NCBI GenBank assembly: GCA_951406725.2
Contig: OX597826.1
Span: 21,328,001-21,392,000, forward strand
From: Octopus vulgaris
Lineage: Eukaryota
Length of the DNA: 64,000 bases
Direction: 5' to 3'
The translations under genes and the position numbers were made by a program. Shown in pieces: positions 60,790 through 64,000 of the stretch (its first letter is position 1; each line of letters opens with the position of its first letter). The notes beneath the pieces are model-generated. The model was not told the DNA's origin and did not search any database. It saw only the letters and a program-made list of their open reading frames with translations.

Positions 60790-61238
60790 TAAGGCTGCAA
60801 GCTGGCGGAATCGTTAGCATGCTGGGCAAAATGCTTAGTGGCATTTTGTCCGTCTTCACATTCTTAGTTCAAATTCTGAGATCAACTTTTCCTTTCAAGG
60901 TTAATGAATTAAGCACCATTGAAATACTGGGGTCAATGTAATCAACTAGTCCCCTCCCCCAAATTTCAGACCTTGTGCCTTTGGTAGAAAGGATTATTAT
61001 TATCATTAAGATGGTGAGTTGGCAGAATCGTTCGCATGCTGGGAAAAATGCTTAGTGGCATTTCATTCGTCTTTATGTTCTAAGTTCAAATTCTGCTGAG
61101 GTCGACTTTGCTTTACATCCTTTTGCGGTTGATAAATTAAGTATCAGTCAAGTCCCCAGGTCAATGTCATCAACTATCCCCCTCCCCACAAATTCCAGGC
61201 CTTGTGCCTATAGTAGAAAAGATTATTGTTATTATTAT
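60790..61238 (+). mobile_element. Two tandem SINE family B copies with (ATT)n tails
   Basis: GCTGGC(A/G)GAATCGTTAGCATGCTGGG...GTTCAAATTC heads. Confidence 0.8.
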
Positions 61239-61264
61239 TGACATAACTTTTTCTCTTGTTTTAG

Positions 61265-61393
61265 ATGGATTGGTTAATTTGGCCCCCATCACAGTTCATC
61301 AACTTCTACTTCCTGCCCACCAGGTTCCGTGTGGTTTATGTCTGTTTTATTACACTCATATGGGATGCCCTTTTGTCGTACATTAAACATAAG
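61265..61393 (+). CDS. MPV17L2: MPV17L2 exon 4 (129 nt)
   Basis: tttAG / MDWLIWPPSQFINFYFLPTRFRVVYVCFITLIWDALLSYIKHK / GTAAGA; Mpv17 WP..Q.INF motif. Confidence 0.93.
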
Positions 61394-61468
61394 GTAAGAC
61401 ACAGCCATTGCCTGCCCCTACAAGTATTTTTTTACACTACATTCCCTCTTTTACTTTCTCACACACAT

Positions 61469-61502
<34 letters not shown>

Positions 61503-61504
<2 letters not shown>

Positions 61505-62294
61505 GAGTGCAATGTTTTTAATTTCGTGCATGCACATTGTTTGTTTTTGATTTTGTCGACTACACAGTATAGTAGGGTCAGTTGGGCATCCTCTGTATTT
61601 GAAAAACAGCATCATGACGCAATTCACTCTGCCAGAAATTTGGAAGCAACATGCTGTACTGCTTAGCATTCACACCGGAAGCTCCAATACAAGCAGATGG
61701 TGAACACACAGAACAACTGTTGGCTTGTTGTATCCTCAAAACATGTACAGAGAGCGATAAAAATCAAACATCCAGTCAACATCATGGTGTTTGGAGTGAT
61801 CACTAGTGATGGAGATGTTATGCATCCATTCATCTTCCCTGGGTCAAAAGGGTGGCTGCTGAAAGACTCTATGTCTGGCAGCAGGACTCTGCACCATGCC
61901 ATACAAGCAGGAGGACCCATTCATGGCTGTCAGACAATTTCTGTGACCACATCACCCCTAACTCCCCAAACTGCAACCCCCTTGATTATTATGTGTGGGG
62001 CACAGTTGAGCGAGAGGCCAACAAAACTCCTTGTAACACCAAAGATGAACTGAAGGCAAAGATTATGGCAACATTCACTGATTAAAGCAAGGTGATCATC
62101 CAGAAGAGTTGCAGGAGATTCCGAAGTCTTCTGGAGGCCGTGATTGAAGCCAACGGCGATTTTATTGAATAAATTTACTTTGGTATTTCAAGATATTTTT
62201 ATGTAATTTTGGTAAATATATCTGTTAAAAATGAGATGTCAGTGTAATTTTCATTTTTGCATAATTTAGGCAACAATATATTCACTGTGCCCTG
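61503..62294 (+). mobile_element. maT (DD37D)-type Tc1/mariner deletion derivative
   Basis: MVFGVITSDGDVM.PFIFP and WQQDSAPCHTS...NSPNCNPLDYYVWG transposase motifs; CAG...CTG-TA termini. Confidence 0.85.
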
Positions 62295-62304
62295 TATATA
62301 TACA

Positions 62305-62517
62305 CAAGGGGATGCTGAAAAGTTGCTGGCTTTGGGTAAAAGAAAATAGAGGGGGATCAGTTAATTATGATTTTATTCAACATATTCTCTTCTCAGATTT
62401 ACACAATGCAGCAGTCCATCAATTTTTCTAAGCCCTGTAAAAGGGCTCAGAAGGTTGGGCCTCCAACCAGACTTTTCATGATACCCTTGAAACCAAGAAC
62501 TTTTCAACACCCCCTTC
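62305..62517. mobile_element. mariner-type MITE
   Basis: GGGGATGCTGAAAAGTTGCTGGCTTT ... AAACCAAGAACTTTTCAACACCCC imperfect TIRs in a TA context. Confidence 0.7.
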
Positions 62518-63980
62518 TATACACCCTTTATTGCCAACTGAGGGGGAATAGCTTTTGCTGAGGAGGTCTAATAACACTAATAAGTCTTGTTTACATTCAC
62601 CCATTGGTTTTATAAATATGATCTAAAGTTATTTCCCTTTTTGCAAACATTCTTGGAGGGAGTTTCTACAAATTGCTTAGATAATTTCTATTTATCAGTT
62701 TTTTCCATTCACCACCCTGCAGTACTTATATTTAGAATGGTCTTTTAAGTGATTTCTTCACAACTATATTGTTTGCCAAGATCAATAAGATAAAGTACCA
62801 GTTGCATACTTACCGGGGTCAATCTAACTAACTGAAACCCTTTCCTATGTTAAGGCCCTGTGTCTAATTATAAAGATTCCTTAAATATTTAACAATGTTC
62901 TGAAAATAAAGTTTGCAGTATTTGTAGAAGAATTGGCTATTTCCCCCCAGTTCTTTATTTCATTGACTGGTTAAATTTTGTATTCCAGTAGAAGTATTTA
63001 ACTGCTATCTGGAAGTATTCGATATGATTCCAAGTACATGTTTGATCCATTCATGATCTTCTTGTGTTCCTAATTATAAAATGCTAGTTCTATAAATTCT
63101 ATCAGTATTCCTGCAATTATTCTTGTTTGGAAATATTGTTTGATGTTTCGGAAACAAGTTACCTTCATATGGTTCTGTATTCAGTCCCTCTGCACAGCAC
63201 CTTGGGCAAGAGTCTTGTACATTAGATTCAAGTTGACCAATGCCTTTTGAAGAGAAAAGCATGATTTATGTCCTGCAGATATATTAGAAGGGTCATCACA
63301 AACCAAGTCAGTTCTTATTCAGAATTGCCCTCTTTGATGAATCAGTGGACAAAATTCAGACATTTCAAGACTTGGCATGATTGCCATGGTTGGATGCCCT
63401 TCCTATCTCCAACCAATGCACTTTGGATTGGATGAATTGTTGTATGTATGTCTGCCTACCCTTTTCTTTCTCTCTCTCTACACACATAGCTAACTGGTAT
63501 TTGTTCCAGTTCTCTGCTCTAAGTCCAAAGCCAACTTTGCCTTTCATATTTTCAAGAAATAAAGAACCAAACCAGGACAGTGGAATTGGTAGAGCACCAG
63601 ACAGAGATACCTTCTGGTATTTGTGTCCAGCACTTTGTGTTTTGAGTTGTTAATTAGTGTATGTCATCCATTGCCTGGTCCTTGGGGACTGTTGCAGACA
63701 TCCAAGCCAGCTCCCTGGTTCAAGGATAGCCTCCTCCCCACTTTTGGGAATCAATGGCACTTAGTTTCCGTCTTTGTTGAAATGGTGAAAACAAAAGATA
63801 ACCCATCAATGAGCAAAAACCAACAAACCGATGCGCCTAGTAATACCTAGTGGTACTGATTCTGCCTGAGTCGCTTAAATAAAATCAACTAGTTTTATCA
63901 GCATTTGTTAAACGTCACACTTGATGTGTTCCGAAAAATATAATTTTAGCTCATTTGACCAATTTTGACATTTGTTTCAG

Positions 63981-64000
63981 GAATGTTCCACTTGTCTTTC
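63981..64000 (+). CDS. MPV17L2: Probable start of MPV17L2 last coding exon (truncated by window)
   Basis: Good acceptor ttttgacatttgtttcAG, open in phase 0 (ECSTCL); no homology check possible. Confidence 0.45.

Overview
AT-rich animal genomic DNA, most likely octopus (inferred from the SINE, RTE and Penelope repeat families and the microsatellite load). It holds three host genes. (1) An SLC35D1/2 (fringe-connection-like) nucleotide-sugar transporter on the minus strand: 9 coding exons reconstructed in frame (27786 to 434, 264 codons), continuing off the left edge. (2) A brain tumor (brat/ncl-1) TRIM-NHL orthologue with an uninterrupted CDS (40119-42317) that, unlike fly Brat, keeps a C3HC4 RING. 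(3) MPV17L2 on the plus strand (54781 to the right edge). The rest is nested mobile DNA: tRNA-derived SINEs with TSDs, RTE/CR1/Tx1-like LINE fragments, Penelope-like elements, Helitrons, Tc1/mariner derivatives, MITEs and a 1.95-kb foldback element. The most interesting signals are: six minimal type-I hammerhead-ribozyme motifs from four Penelope-type repeat families, including a compensatory U3-A8 core variant and one motif masked by its own antisense arm downstream of brat; several locally templated duplications and inversions; an E-box cluster upstream of brat; and an unexplained decayed ~300-codon reading frame with compact TATA promoters, possibly viral, that the foldback element interrupts. 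All calls come from manual reading; no searches were run.
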